From NCBI GenBank assembly GCA_009602725.1, contig WELB01000032.1:382627-418512 (forward strand): a DNA stretch of 35,886 nt. The letters are read 5' to 3'. Numbering within the stretch: the first letter of the stretch is position 1; each line of letters begins with the position of its first letter. The translations under genes were made by a program, and so were the position numbers. The notes beneath the pieces were generated by a model. The model was given only the letters and a program-made list of their open reading frames with translations, ran no database searches and was not told the origin of the DNA. Below are positions 1-11,385 of the stretch, piece by piece. Origin of the DNA: Spirogloea muscicola. Taxonomy: Eukaryota.

Positions 1-1
1 G

Positions 2-3000
2 CTGCCGCTGGGCCGGGACACGCCGGTCGCGTCAACCAGCGGCGGCGGAGGCGGAGGCGGCGGCCTTGGCGGTGGCGGAGGCGGCGCCGGGGGCGCAAGC
101 AGCAATGCGGCGCTGGCGATGCAGTCCTGGGAGGCCGTGGTCGCGTATGAGGCGTGCGTGCGCCTCTGCCTGGCGGCCGAGGCGCGCGGCAGCGTCGAGG
201 CGCACCAATTCCTGCATGACGGCTGCCACCTCCTCCGCTCCTGCTTCGGGTGTGCATCCGCTGCCAGATCCTTTACCTCCTTGACCTCCCGATGGTCGCC
301 GTCAGCGGCCGCCGCCACAGTGCAGCCTCAAGGCAGGGCCTTGTGGCCGTCGCCGGCTTCTTGCGAGTGCTGCTCTCACCCATGGCTGTTCTTGACAGGC
401 TGCAGGATCTCCTGCTTCAGCCCGGGCAGCGGTCACTGCCCTCCCAGGCAGCACAGGCGGAGTCGGCGGCCCGCTCTCGCCGCAGCAATGGCGTCGTCAA
501 GATCCAAGGTCTATCCACTATCTATTACTCCGTCTAGGAGAAGCAAACTGCAGTAAGCATGTAAAGGAGCCAACAAGGACTGCCGTGCCCGAAAGTGCAC
601 GCTCTGAAGACCGTCTCCTTCTCCTCCTCTTAATGACTTAGTGCGGAAAGTGAAGCTGCTGGGAAAGTTGGGGCCGACTGCGACAAAGGAGCCTGCGGCT
701 GCTGCGGCGGGACCCTTGCTCACACCACATCGCACCGGAAGTCGGACACCGGGCTACCGCGGCGTCATGCGGCAGGTCTCGGGCCTCTTCAGGGACCGCC
801 TGGCAGGTCTGCGTGCGCCCTCCATTGCCGAGCCTTCCTCAGGTGCGCACCGACATACCAACAAGTAGCAATGAGTCGCACCTCCCAGACTTCAGATGCT
901 GTGAGTGCTCTCATGCTCAGGCGCAGACCGTAGCCTGAAGCTCTTGCTTGACAGCACTAGCCACGCCTCTTGCCTTGTCCAGAGGGCGTTTATTGCATTG
1001 TGCGACTACGGAGCACGCCGCCTGACGAGGTGCTGCGGGTCTGGCCTGGGACTGGTGACACCTATACTTTGTCAGTCATTTCCTTTTCTCATACTCCTTC
1101 CAGTCATTGTTGTGTACAACCCCAGCTGCGAGCAAAGGCAATGGACTCCAGCCGAGATTGTGTAGCAGCTATAGCTGCTCATTATCGCACATGTGCGATA
1201 GTTTCCACTGTACACTCGATGGTTTGCTGCTTTGTTTTCTGAGGAGACGTGCTGGCTGCTTGGCACATGCAGGTGCCCCGAGAACAGCGGCGACGACGTC
1301 ATCATGGACGTGTTTGGCTCTCCGGGCCTTCTTGGGCGCGCCCTCATCAGCCTCTCCTCCTGTGGAAACGACCACGTGCGGAAATGCTGCACAATGACAC
1401 CATGTGCTTCGAGTTCCAGATAGCCCGCCCTTTGGCAGAGCCCAACCTTGACGCAAGCACCTGAAACGGTAGCGGCAAGTTGCGGCCAGAAGCTGACGCG
1501 GGCCTCCTCGCGGGGGTGGCGCCTGCAGGCTGCTGACAAGCAGCGCGTTGTGCCGTTCTTCCCTGAGGGCGAGGTCGAGCCCGCCGGCAAGGCGCAGCTG
1601 CTCGTGTCCTATGCGCCGTCCGGGGCTGAGGGCCGCAGCAAGGTGTGTGGACCAGGACTGTCCAAATCCTTGTAAGCAAGGCAGGCATGTGCAAATTGCT
1701 GAGTTGCAGGATCAGTTTCACAGGGTCGCTTAGTTTGCCGATAGCCGCCTCACCTTGATGTCAAGCTCTGTGTGATGCGTGCAGTGGGGACCAGTGGGCG
1801 AGACATTGGCGTACGACGTTGTCCTGGCTGTGGCGCTCAGCGTGCAAGGCTTTGACGGCCGCAACCTGCTGCTGCAGATGCCCTGGAGCTGGCTGCTCTC
1901 CGAGTTTGCTCTGACGTACCAGGTTTCGGAGAACTACCGCAGCCTCAGGTCCGCCCCAGAAGAGGAGCCCTTTTATTGGCCAACAACAGTGCTTCATTGT
2001 TGCTTGTGACCTTCCTCAGCCCCATCATAAGGACCAGTTATGCATGTATCGTTGACATCCAGCAACCTCTGCTTGAAGGATTATCCAGAAGTCTAAGTAG
2101 AATATCCTGCGTTCTTTGGCTCTGCCAATATCCTACTACTGCTGCGCTGACTGCCGTAAGTGGGGCGCCAATCTGGCTGCCGTATTGCAGCTACCTGATG
2201 CACATCATGGAGGTGGCAACGCCGACTGAGGAGTGTCTGGGTCTTGTGTACAACCAGCTCTGTCTGGTCGAGCGCGCTCGCACTGAGGACTCTCTAACAC
2301 GCCAAGAGGTTGGTTCCTCCATTCCTCAAGTTGTCTCCTTGGCAGCGGCAGCCTAACTCAGTAGTGCTGCGCGGCAGTTAGCACCCTTTACTATACACGG
2401 CAATAAGTAATTATGGAGTTGCAGAAGCACTTAAGATTTGATCTCACACGCACAAAGGCTCGCCTAAGACCAAGCATTGCTCACCTACTTCAATAAGCCA
2501 GAAGCGCATACTGGCGGACGTGGTGGAGCAAGTCAACTCGCTGCTTGCGACCACATTCGAGAGCTACAAATCGCTCGACAAAGCGTCTCCAAGCGGGATC
2601 GCTCCTGTCTTCCAGCCCGCCACAGAGACAGCGGCACCAGCTCTTGCACCAGCCGTTGAGATCTTCACGCTCCTCAATGACGTCTTGTCACCAGCAGTGC
2701 AGGCCACCTTCAGGGCATTCTTCCAGGTCAGTCTCCACTGTCCCAAGCTCTGCAGGACCTGTGCAGTTCCTGCAGAGCAGACTGTGTAGGCTTTCATGTC
2801 AGTCTAAGTCTTGCTTAATTTTCGTGGAGTTTAAGCTCTATGCTAGCAACTTAGTAGACCTACATTGACGTGTATCCATCACAGGTGCTCTTATGTACTA
2901 CCAGTCTCATGCAGCCAAGTGTCTATCGTCTTTGTTGAACACTGCGACAGTCCTTGTTGACTCGTAGCAACTGTCAAATTCAGGGCCTCAGACGTGCTGT

Positions 3001-5647
3001 CTGTGCTCCGTGATCAGCGCTGCTTACCATTGGGTGTGCTGGCTTGTGGAGCAGCGTGCCTCAAGGGCTCGATGTCAACGTCACCTAGCAGCTACCGATG
3101 AGCTCATCGGTGCAGCTAGCGCTGCTGGGGACATCGTGGAGCCAGGTGTGCAGGTGGCAGCGTACGAGCGCATGAGGGCAGCGCTGCTGCAGATCCTGAA
3201 CGAGATCAAGACGGACCTCGCCATTGACAGCCAGAACATTTTTCCCAGGTCTGGCAGTCAGCCCGTCTGAGTCCGGCACTACTCATGATTGGCCCATCGT
3301 CTGCTCATTGCTTGCGGCAGGAACTTAGAGATCACTCCTTCTGAACGCTGCAGAGTACATTCTGACGTCCTCCAGCTCGTCTTGCAGCTTCTTGGAGCTT
3401 CCAAAGACTACAGCCGAGATTTATGAGAGTGAAGCAAAGGCGAGGCTGCGGTCGTTTCTGCGGGCGTGCCCTCCCAGCAGCCCCAGCCTCCCTGTCACCA
3501 AGCTTCTCCACGCGACCGCCAACTTCCAAGCGGACGTGGCCAGCTGGGGAATCAGGTGAACATCATACCACGCCGCTTGTGGAGCAAGCCCGGGTAAGCG
3601 AGGCACCTCGGCAGAGGCAGGTCTGCCAGTGCCAGGCTTGGACTGAACTTCGTGAGTGGCTCGCAGGAGCTCTGGAGGAGGCCTGGATGCGCGTGAGCTA
3701 TTTGGCCTGTACATTGAAGTGTGGATCCAGGACCGTAGGCTCCAGCTCCTGGAAGTGTGCAAGTCAGATGCGGTAGGACCTGCTCCCTCCCTAACACTTT
3801 GTGGTCCCTCCATTCCACCACTACAAAGAGTTGTCTATAGCAAAGGCCATTAGTGCATTTCCTACAAGCTGCCTTGTGTAGCTTTTGGTGTCATTCACTT
3901 CTCGCCCTGGCCTCTCGTGCCAGGTACGCTGGAGCGCTGCGTCCTCGGGGCATGCTGCCTCTCCCTTTGTGGAGACCATATATGGTCAGATCAAGGAGAC
4001 CGTGGCTGCATACGACACCATCATGGGCCGGTGGCCCGAGTATGCCATTGTGCTTGAGAGCGTAAGTGCCTGCCAGGTCACACTGCTTCTTGCTAGTCGC
4101 TTAGGATGCTTGAGAACGTCGATGCATCATGTGCGCTGCTCCATAGCAAGATGCTGAGGCCTCAACTGTTTAATTCAGGCAATCTGTGACGTGGAGAGAG
4201 GGGTGCTTGTCGCCTTGGAAAGACACTACGCCGAGGCACTTCTACCCTTGCGCGACATGATGGGGGCCAGAAAGGCTCACTTGCAGTACATGCACAAGCT
4301 GACGCGGCGACATACATTTGGTCGCTACGAGGTTCCCCGCAAGGTCAGAGGGTTTTGTATGTCCTGTTGGAAAATACCTCAGGCTATATTTTTGATACTT
4401 GCTGCTGAACTTGTTCCACAATGTGGCACACTGGCTAGCATTGAAGAAGGATCAAGATAAAGCGCACTACATACTGACCGGAACCTGAGCTCTTCATTAC
4501 CAGCTGGGTGAGATGCTCAACTCCATCAAGCGCGTATTGGAGTCACTAAGACCAAAGATTGAGGCCCAGATGCGAGCCTGGGTCGCTGCACTGCCCACAG
4601 AGGGCGCATTTGGAAAGGCTGTCTTTGGGCAGCGCTTCAATGAAGTGACTGTGGAGCTTCGAGCCAAGTACAAAAACCTGATGCAGGCCATTGTCTTCAA
4701 GCTCGTGGAGAGTGTAAGTACATCAAGCTCTTGACAAAATGAAGGGAGCGGCCAATGATACCTATGTATCTACTGACTCTACCACAAGATGCGTGCCATA
4801 TATTATTACATATAGATTATGATGATTGGAAGACGACGCAGAGCCAGCCTCAGCCTGTCTGTTGTACCTATGATGCAGGCACGGACAAACAGAGCAACGT
4901 ATTTGAAGAAGGTCCTTCTTGATGCTCAAGCTCAGGGCCAACAGGGCGATGACAATATTGAGGAGCGGATGAAGCCTCTTATGCTCTTTCTGGCCGAGGC
5001 AATGGTGCAGCTCGACACTGTGCTCTCTGCCCGCATCTTCTCAACTATTTGCCGTGGTCTGTGGGATGCCATGGCCAGAGTGAGTGACTAGCCTGGGCCG
5101 CTGACAAGCCTTTTGAGCTCTGCCGTTATATAGATACGTTACTGAAATGAGTGGTTAGGCTATTAGGAGCTGGGCCTTAGCCTTTCCCCGTGCAAACGCC
5201 TTCAGCCGCGCAGCCTGCAGCTGGCCTGTTTCTCAGTATGGCACCAGAGGTTTCGCACTAATGCTGCAGTTGTTGCAGGATGTACTGGGGTTTTTGGACA
5301 ACAGGAAGGAGAACATGTCCTGGTCCAAGAGTACCTCGGCTGCCGTTGTTCTCCAGGTAGCTTGCTTCTGCCTGCTGTTTAGTAGGGACAGGATGGGTGC
5401 CACATACGGGAGGTTTTGTAAGACTCAGTTATGGACATGGTCTGCGTTCTGCATATGTTGATGTCCGTGCATGTTGCACTTTGTGCAGATGCTGGATAAT
5501 TTGTTCAGTGGTCATATGCAAAGGCTGCAAGGGCACGCGCTGCACGAGAAAGATTTGGAGCCTCCACGAGCTGTGGTTGAAGCCCGGCTAATGCTCTCAC
5601 GAGATGGCCCCAACACAAGCGATGACTCTTACACTCTCTTCAACTGA
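2..5647 (+). CDS. Uncharacterised plant protein of the Arabidopsis At4g24610/At5g48310/At5g65440 family (C2-like region plus long helical MUN/PATROL1-like C-terminal part); 5' end lies upstream of the window
   Basis: 18 phase-compatible GT-AG exons: <2-249, 399-508, 642-842, 983-1070, 1273-1375, 1529-1642, 1785-1948, 2191-2308, 2502-2726, 3055-3248, 3388-3555, 3667-3772, 3924-4061, 4179-4343, 4504-4713, 4879-5079, 5279-5356, 5489-5647 (TGA). Family motifs as recalled: WEAVVAYEACVRLCL, WGPVGETLAYDVVL, TTFESYKSLD, RLRSFLRACPPSSPS, GRWPEYAIVLE, EKDLEPPRAVVEAR. The frame is open from position 2. Confidence 0.85.
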
Positions 5648-6769
5648 TTAATCATCTTTGCTGTGCCGCTTAGAGCCACCTGCGACAGGGCTTGCAGAAA
5701 TTTTTGATCATTCATTCCCCTCCATACATAGGACAATGCTTTACAGAACAAATACCCAGCCTCGTTTTCATCTTTTCTCTGTGGCCTGACCATGCCGAGA
5801 AGGAATTACGTTGTAAAAGGACAGTGCTGCTCAGAGCTGAAACTGTGACTTGTTACTCTCACCCAGCACTGAAATGTCAAGGGCAACTAATAACAATCCA
5901 CTGGCGGCAGAGCAAGTCAATTGCAGGACTGTGAACTGAATTTAGGACCAAATTGAGTGGGACTGAACCACGACAAACTTGGGCTGCAGCAAATCCTGTG
6001 GACACCATTCAAAGACCACTTCAGCTTGGCAGGAGCATGACTGCACGCTGTGGCGTGTCACCCAAGTGCACCCACAACTCGTCGTACTTGGCCTGCACCC
6101 TTGAGCCCCTGTACAAACAGCTGCACAGCAGTACTTGCAGCACCAGTATATAAATCTGCGGTGCAACAGTAAGCAGCCCGCTTTTCAAGGGCCTAGTGGT
6201 GATCCCCAACAGGAAGATGGTGCTCTGCAAGGTCGGCACTGTGCTTCTTGGACTGGGTAAAGGTTGTCGGACTCAAGTGCCAGCCAGGTTGGCACTTAAG
6301 TTTGGAGAGAATGCAATAGCAGCCAATGCGAAAACAAAAGGTGGGAGAAGCTTCCTTCACTTTGTCTTGTTGGGCTCAAGTCAACTGCGCCTGTTGTGAA
6401 TCGAATGTGATAGTTCGAGTCATTGTCGAGTTGGCCTTGTATTGGAGAGATTGTGAGCCGGGACAGTAAGTACCAGAGCCCCCTGGTAAAGCCAGAGCGA
6501 CAGCCCTGGCTGCTTGACGAGCAGAGCAACTCACAACGGAGGGTGGCACAGTTTTGTGTGATAGTCCAGCACCGACCATGCTCTAACTTCCAATACAAGC
6601 TCACTTCATCGAGTAGAGCTGGCTTTTTCTTTTACGTAAAAGCTCATCAGACTGGCCAAAACTGGGCAAGGGCAGCCTTAGGCTTGCGAGGAGGAGCTGG
6701 GCAACAAGGTATCAGTAAGGGAAGGAGCGGAGGCAGGGATGCACAACTTGCTTCAAAAGTTGCTCTTCA

Positions 6770-7870
6770 GACAGAACACTGCGACGACCCACCGCCAACA
6801 TGAGATATGATGGTAAACAGGTCTTTTCTTTGCAAGCCTGTAGAAACGGCAGCAGCAGCTGTGAAGGAGCTGGAGTGATAGTCAAGGTACAAGTAGACTG
6901 CTACAGCTACATAGGCCGGGAGGTCAATACTGGAGAAGCAAAGGTGATACAGCTCCATGCTTTGGACCCATGCCTGCAGCTGTCTGGCCTTATTGGCAGA
7001 CTGCGCGCCTATGCTAACACCACGCCGAGCAGTGGTGTTTTGCCAGGTTTGGTACTAACAATCTCATAGAGTGCGGCAGTGTTGTGACTCCCATGGACGC
7101 GCATCCCTCGTATGCATAGCCACCTACAAGGTGGCATTCCCCCCCAGGTCCTCGCCAAGGTGGCCAAAAGAACACTGTCATCACCCAGATTTATCTTGAA
7201 GTCAGGAACTGATTGGTGAAGCCAATCCCGCCTGTAAGTCACATGATGAGATGCTCCACTATCGGTCAGCCAGCTGTCGCAACTTGGCCTATCAGATTGT
7301 CTTGACAGATTTGCCTGTCCTTCAGCATTTCTGTTTCTGCCTCTTCTGCTGTTGCCACCAGACTCCAGAGCTTCCTTCTTTGGGCAGTTATTGATTACAT
7401 GTCCAAGTTCACGACAACAGAAACAGGTCCTTGGGTACAATGGTTCCGATTTCATCCTGAAAATTGATCAGTCAGACGACTACTACCACCACTATCTCCC
7501 CGAAGGTGGCGGTCAACAGTCTGCTGGTGAATCCTTGATGGATTCAAATGTTGGCGCGGAGATCTTGTTCAGACTAGCGTCTGGCCATCAGCGCTGCCTG
7601 TGTACCTGTCAGAGGTCCTATCGTAGTACCTGTCAGAGATCCTGTTTTCAGAGATCCTGTTAGATTGCCTGTCGGATATTCTGTCAGAGTCCCTGTCAGA
7701 TCTCGATGCTCCTCCAATGCTGGCTCCACAGTGAGCTCATCCTTGCTGACCATCTGAAAAGTATCTCTCACAGTTATCATATTCTGGCGGGAGTCCCATA
7801 AGAATGGCAAGGACTTGGTGTCGGACTGGAACCTCCTCTCAAGGTAAGTGCGAGGAGGGGCCATGCCAGA
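6770..7870 (-). mobile_element. Decayed Ty1/copia LTR-retrotransposon gag-protease relic
   Basis: Minus strand, in copia order: gag-like SLPFLWD...DELTVEPALEE...QAALMARR (7870-7574), perfect CX2CX4HX4C knuckle CFCCRELGHVINNC (~7430-7385), protease motif WLTDSGASHHVT (~7275-7235), weak GAG-pre-integrase-like ELYHLCF (~6955). Stops and frameshifts lie between blocks; no LTR or PBS recognised. Confidence 0.75.
7596..7705. repeat. Degenerate ~12-bp tandem repeat (CCTGTCAGAG-like core) inside the copia gag linker
   Basis: Repeated cctgtcaga/cctgttaga/cctgtcgga units; the minus strand reads DLTG TLTE YPTG NLTG SLKTG SLTG TTIG PLTG. Confidence 0.7.
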
Positions 7871-8104
7871 AGACGTCGACCTTGCCAGGCGGCACGAGAG
7901 TTGCGCTAGACCACAACCACTCCGAGGCGCCAGTAAGCGCGGCAAGGCACGCAGAGAGATGAATGCGGAGTCTGTCTGGCCAGCCGCTCGGATGAGGCCG
8001 TTGTGGAGGAGGCGACAAAGGGCGGGGGCGGCGGGGCTCGAACCCACGCCGCCGCCGCCGTCGCCGGCGCCGCCGCCGCCGGCGGCTACTGCGGAGCTCG
8101 GCAA

Positions 8105-8132
8105 AGGGTTTAGGGTTTGAGGAGGGTTAGGG
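8105..8132 (-). promoter_or_regulatory. Telo-box-like interstitial telomeric motif (AAACCCTA on the minus strand)
   Basis: agggtttagggttt at 8105-8118 and agggttaggg at 8123-8132. Confidence 0.4.
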
Positions 8133-8176
8133 CTCGGTTGGGCGCCACCGCCAGGTGAGCAGTGGCGAAGCCGCCC

Positions 8177-8355
8177 GCCACTTGGAGAGCAGCCGACGTG
8201 GCACAAGCCTCTCTGCGGGTCTTGCTCTGGCGGCCTTCATCGTCAGCCCCCCACCGGGGCGCCAGCTCGGGGGTGACCCGCAGAGGATACGGATATGGAA
8301 ATGCGCCACGTGGCTAGTAGCGGAAGCCTCATTGGTCGAAGTAGTTGCCACGTCA
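8177..8355 (+). promoter_or_regulatory. ACGT-core (G-box/ABRE-like) cluster with inverted CCAAT, probable light-responsive promoter of pTAC16
   Basis: Palindromic GCCACGTGGC 8305-8314, GACGTGGC 8195-8202, TGCCACGTCA 8346-8355, GCCACTTGG 8177-8185, ATTGG 8331-8335 and two GGATA motifs at ~8285-8295, directly upstream of a plastid-protein gene. Confidence 0.55.
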
Positions 8356-8407
8356 CTGCCCGATTGCCCCGCTCAGGCTTCCCTTTCTCAACCCCCCCCC
8401 CCCCCCC

Positions 8408-8428
8408 NNNNNNNNNNNNNNNNNNNNN
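8408..8428. other. Assembly gap (21 N) after a poly-C tract; probably hides the pTAC16 start codon
   Basis: N run; the transit-peptide-like reading frame AAPAAVRTAAG resumes right after it with no ATG. Confidence 0.9.
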
Positions 8429-11385
8429 GGGCGGCCCCTGCCGCCGTCCGCACGGCGGCCGGCAACGGGTCGATCCTGAGGGGCCTGGGGAGGCAGGCCC
8501 GGCGCAAGGCCGAGGAGGCCGAGAAGGCCGCCGCGGAACTGCCCCGGCGGGGCCTCGGCGTCGGCGGCCAGCGCAAGGGCGCCGATGAGGCCGGCGACGC
8601 CGGCGATGGCGCGGCGGGCAAGCCAGGGCGCGCCCTGGTGCTCCAGGCGCCGCGAGTAGGACGCCCTGGAAGCCTCGCACTCGACCCCCGGGGACGGGGT
8701 AGCAGCAGATACAGCAGCTGTGCTGGTCGCGTGCTCCGACTGAATGAGCTCGCAGCTTGGGAGCTGCCATGGTGCGCCGTCGTCGCCGAAGTGCTGCGTC
8801 GGGCCCGGTGCTGACAATGTCGTTCTGGCTGGCGGTGCTGGGCCTGGCCGTCTTGCACGCGGCGGCGCAGGCAGTGCCGGGCCTGCAGCTCTTTGGCGGG
8901 CGGGGCCGTCCGGGCGACCCCAAGACCGTGTTCGTCGCCGGTGCCACCGGTCAGACCGGCACTGTGATCACCGCGGAGCTCCTACACGCTGGCTTCAAGG
9001 TCCGAGCGGGCGTGCCGGACCTGGGCCGCGCGCAGCAGCTCGCCGAGTTTGCCACAGAGTATGGGGTGAGTGGCTACTCAGGCCTGAGGCTGGCAGAGAC
9101 TGTTGTCTGTCCCCTTCTGCGGGCGTCCTCCGCACTGGAATCCGGGTGTACTTGTGTCTGTGGATCGTTTGTCTTTATTATTGCTATGCGGTTGCAAATT
9201 CGTCAACTTGCTCATCATCACGAGCGCTAGGCCTTTTGCATGCCACACCGTCAGGCGCAAAGCTCGTAATGGTTGACGAAGCAGCATACTGTGCACGATG
9301 AACGACAACCCTTATGCCCAGCATTGTGTCACGATCTTCGTCAGGTCATCACCAAGGAGGAAGCGAGGCGGCTGAATGTCGTCGAGTTCGACATTGACAA
9401 CGTGGAGCAGACGGCAAAGGTGATTGGAAACGCCAGCAAGGTGGTTGTCACGCTGGGGCCAGGCGAGAACGGGCCGGATAGCGGGTATGGGACGACGGAC
9501 GCGGTTCGGCTGGTCGAGGCCGCGAGCCTTGCAAGGGCCAAGAGCTTCACAGTCATCTCGCAGCTTGGGGGCCGCGTTGCGACCAGCAGCAGCCCCGGAG
9601 GGTTTTTGGCAGGCCTTCGATCCCTGTTCGGTGGCGGGTCGAGAAACTTCAACGAGAGTGAGCTCCTGGACCGGCTCGTCGAGAGCGACCTCGCTTATGC
9701 AGTGGTCCGGACGGGCTCCCTTGACCGAGGCGAGTCGAAGGGTAACGTGGTCATCACGGCTGAAGGAACTGCAGGACGAACGGGATCTGTGAGCTCCCCC
9801 AGCTCCTTCTTACCTGATGACAGAATGAACGTTGTACTTGTGTGGAAATGCTGAATTTAGCCGCCTCCTGCCGCTTGGTGGCCTCCTGCCGCTTGGTGCC
9901 AGCTTAGTACTTTGGCTAGCTGCTTGTTACTCACTAGGGCTTCCTCTACTGTCCTCATGTGCAGATCTCACGGTCACAGGTGGCGACCTTCATTGCGGCC
10001 GCGCTCTCAGATGTAGCTGTGATTGAGAATAAGGTGACTGAACTGGTGATCTCCATCATAACATGGTTAATACATGGAGTACCCTGATGCCTGTCGTGGA
10101 TTGATGTTCCAGTCTGGCACATTAAAGCCGTGCCAGAGATGGAAGCGAGTCTTACGCTTGTCACACGCAATCTGCAGATTGTTGAGGTTGTAGCCAAGGC
10201 TGATGCTCCTGAAACATCCATCACTGAGCAGCTGAGGTAAGCGATGAATGCCACAGTAATCTCGAAGGTGAACCTGCTGCTCAGCAGGTGCTTCTAGCAC
10301 AGCTGCTTTCTGTCAGTGCTGCAATGGCTGCTCAGCAGTGTTTGATGTACCCGACTCTTCTGCTGCCAGATCCCAATTAGCTACAAGATTATGGAGTCTG
10401 GTACGATTGATAGGTTGCTCCATCGGATGTTGTAAGGGCAATTGTATTTCAGTTTGCTGAGAAACGTTTGAAGCTGCTCTATCACAGTGGCATTGCACAA
10501 GATCCAAGAAGAGCGCAGCTGGCGGAGGAGAGGGAAAGGCAGGAGAAGGAGGAGAGGGAGAGGCAAAAACGGGAGGAGGAGGAAGAGCGGCAGCGCGAGG
10601 CCAAGCGGGCTGCCGAGGAGGAGGCCCAGGCCATTGCAGCGGAGGCAAGGGAGAAGGAGGAGGCTGCCAATCAGCTGGAAGCAGAGGCGAAGGTGCTCAC
10701 AGCCGAGCAGGCCAGGGTGTCATCTGCAGCAGCCCGGGCACAGGCGCGAGCTGAGTCCGCGGCCAGCTCTGTGGATGGCCTCACCGGCAAGCTGAAGGAG
10801 GTGGGCGGGCCGCTGCCTTCGCTTGGCGGGCCAACAGGCCTGGGGGCCGTGCTCGGGTCGGCAAGGAAAGGGCTCCTCGGTGGAGGTGCGGAGCCCGACA
10901 ACGAGCGGGAGGATGTGGAGGATGGGCCGGCGTCCTCCAGGGGATTCCCTTCGCTCAACCTCAGGGGGCTGCTGAAGCCCAAGGCAGATGAGGAGGAGGA
11001 TGAAGAGGATGAGGACGTTGACGACATCGATACATCCTCAAGGGGCTTCCCATCGCTTAACCTCAAAGGGTTGCTGAAGCCTAAAGCAGTCAAGGAAGAC
11101 GATGATGAGGACAACGGCAATAACGGCGCATCCATGCCGAAGCTGGGCCTCCCATCCCTTCGCCTTCCCAAGCTCGGCGCAAGCGTGGCAGAGGCTGGCA
11201 AGGCCGTTGCAAAAGCACCCCAGGCTGCCACGAAGAGGAGGCCACCGCCGCCTCCGGCCCCCAAGGCCAAGAGCAAGCCCGCTCCTCGGGCTCCAGCAAC
11301 CAAAGGGGTCAAGGCCAGGAGTGGAGGAGGCCTGTTCAGCCAGGAGACGGTGTACATTGATGACAAGGCTGCCGGAGATTTTTGA
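8429..11385 (+). CDS. PTAC16: Plastid transcriptionally active 16 (pTAC16): NAD(P)-binding Rossmann-like thylakoid/nucleoid protein
   Basis: Exons ~8429-8646/8655 (donor ambiguous), 8871/8889-9065, 9345-9788, 9965-10033, 10178-10236, 10488-11385 (TGA). Diagnostic DPKTVFVAGATGQTG...VRAGVPDL, RRLNVVE...AKVIGNASKVVVT.GPGENGP, ENKIVEV, an E/R-rich coiled coil, and C-terminal GGLFSQETVYIDD matching the recalled pTAC16 tail GGLFKQETIYIDDD. Confidence 0.9.
9863..9898. repeat. Perfect 18-bp tandem duplication in a pTAC16 intron
   Basis: gcctcctgccgcttggtg occurs at 9863-9880 and 9881-9898. Confidence 0.9.

Noticed and set aside
8105..8132. Telomere or chromosome-healing site
   Set aside because: Only two to three imperfect units; consistent with a telo-box, not a telomeric array.
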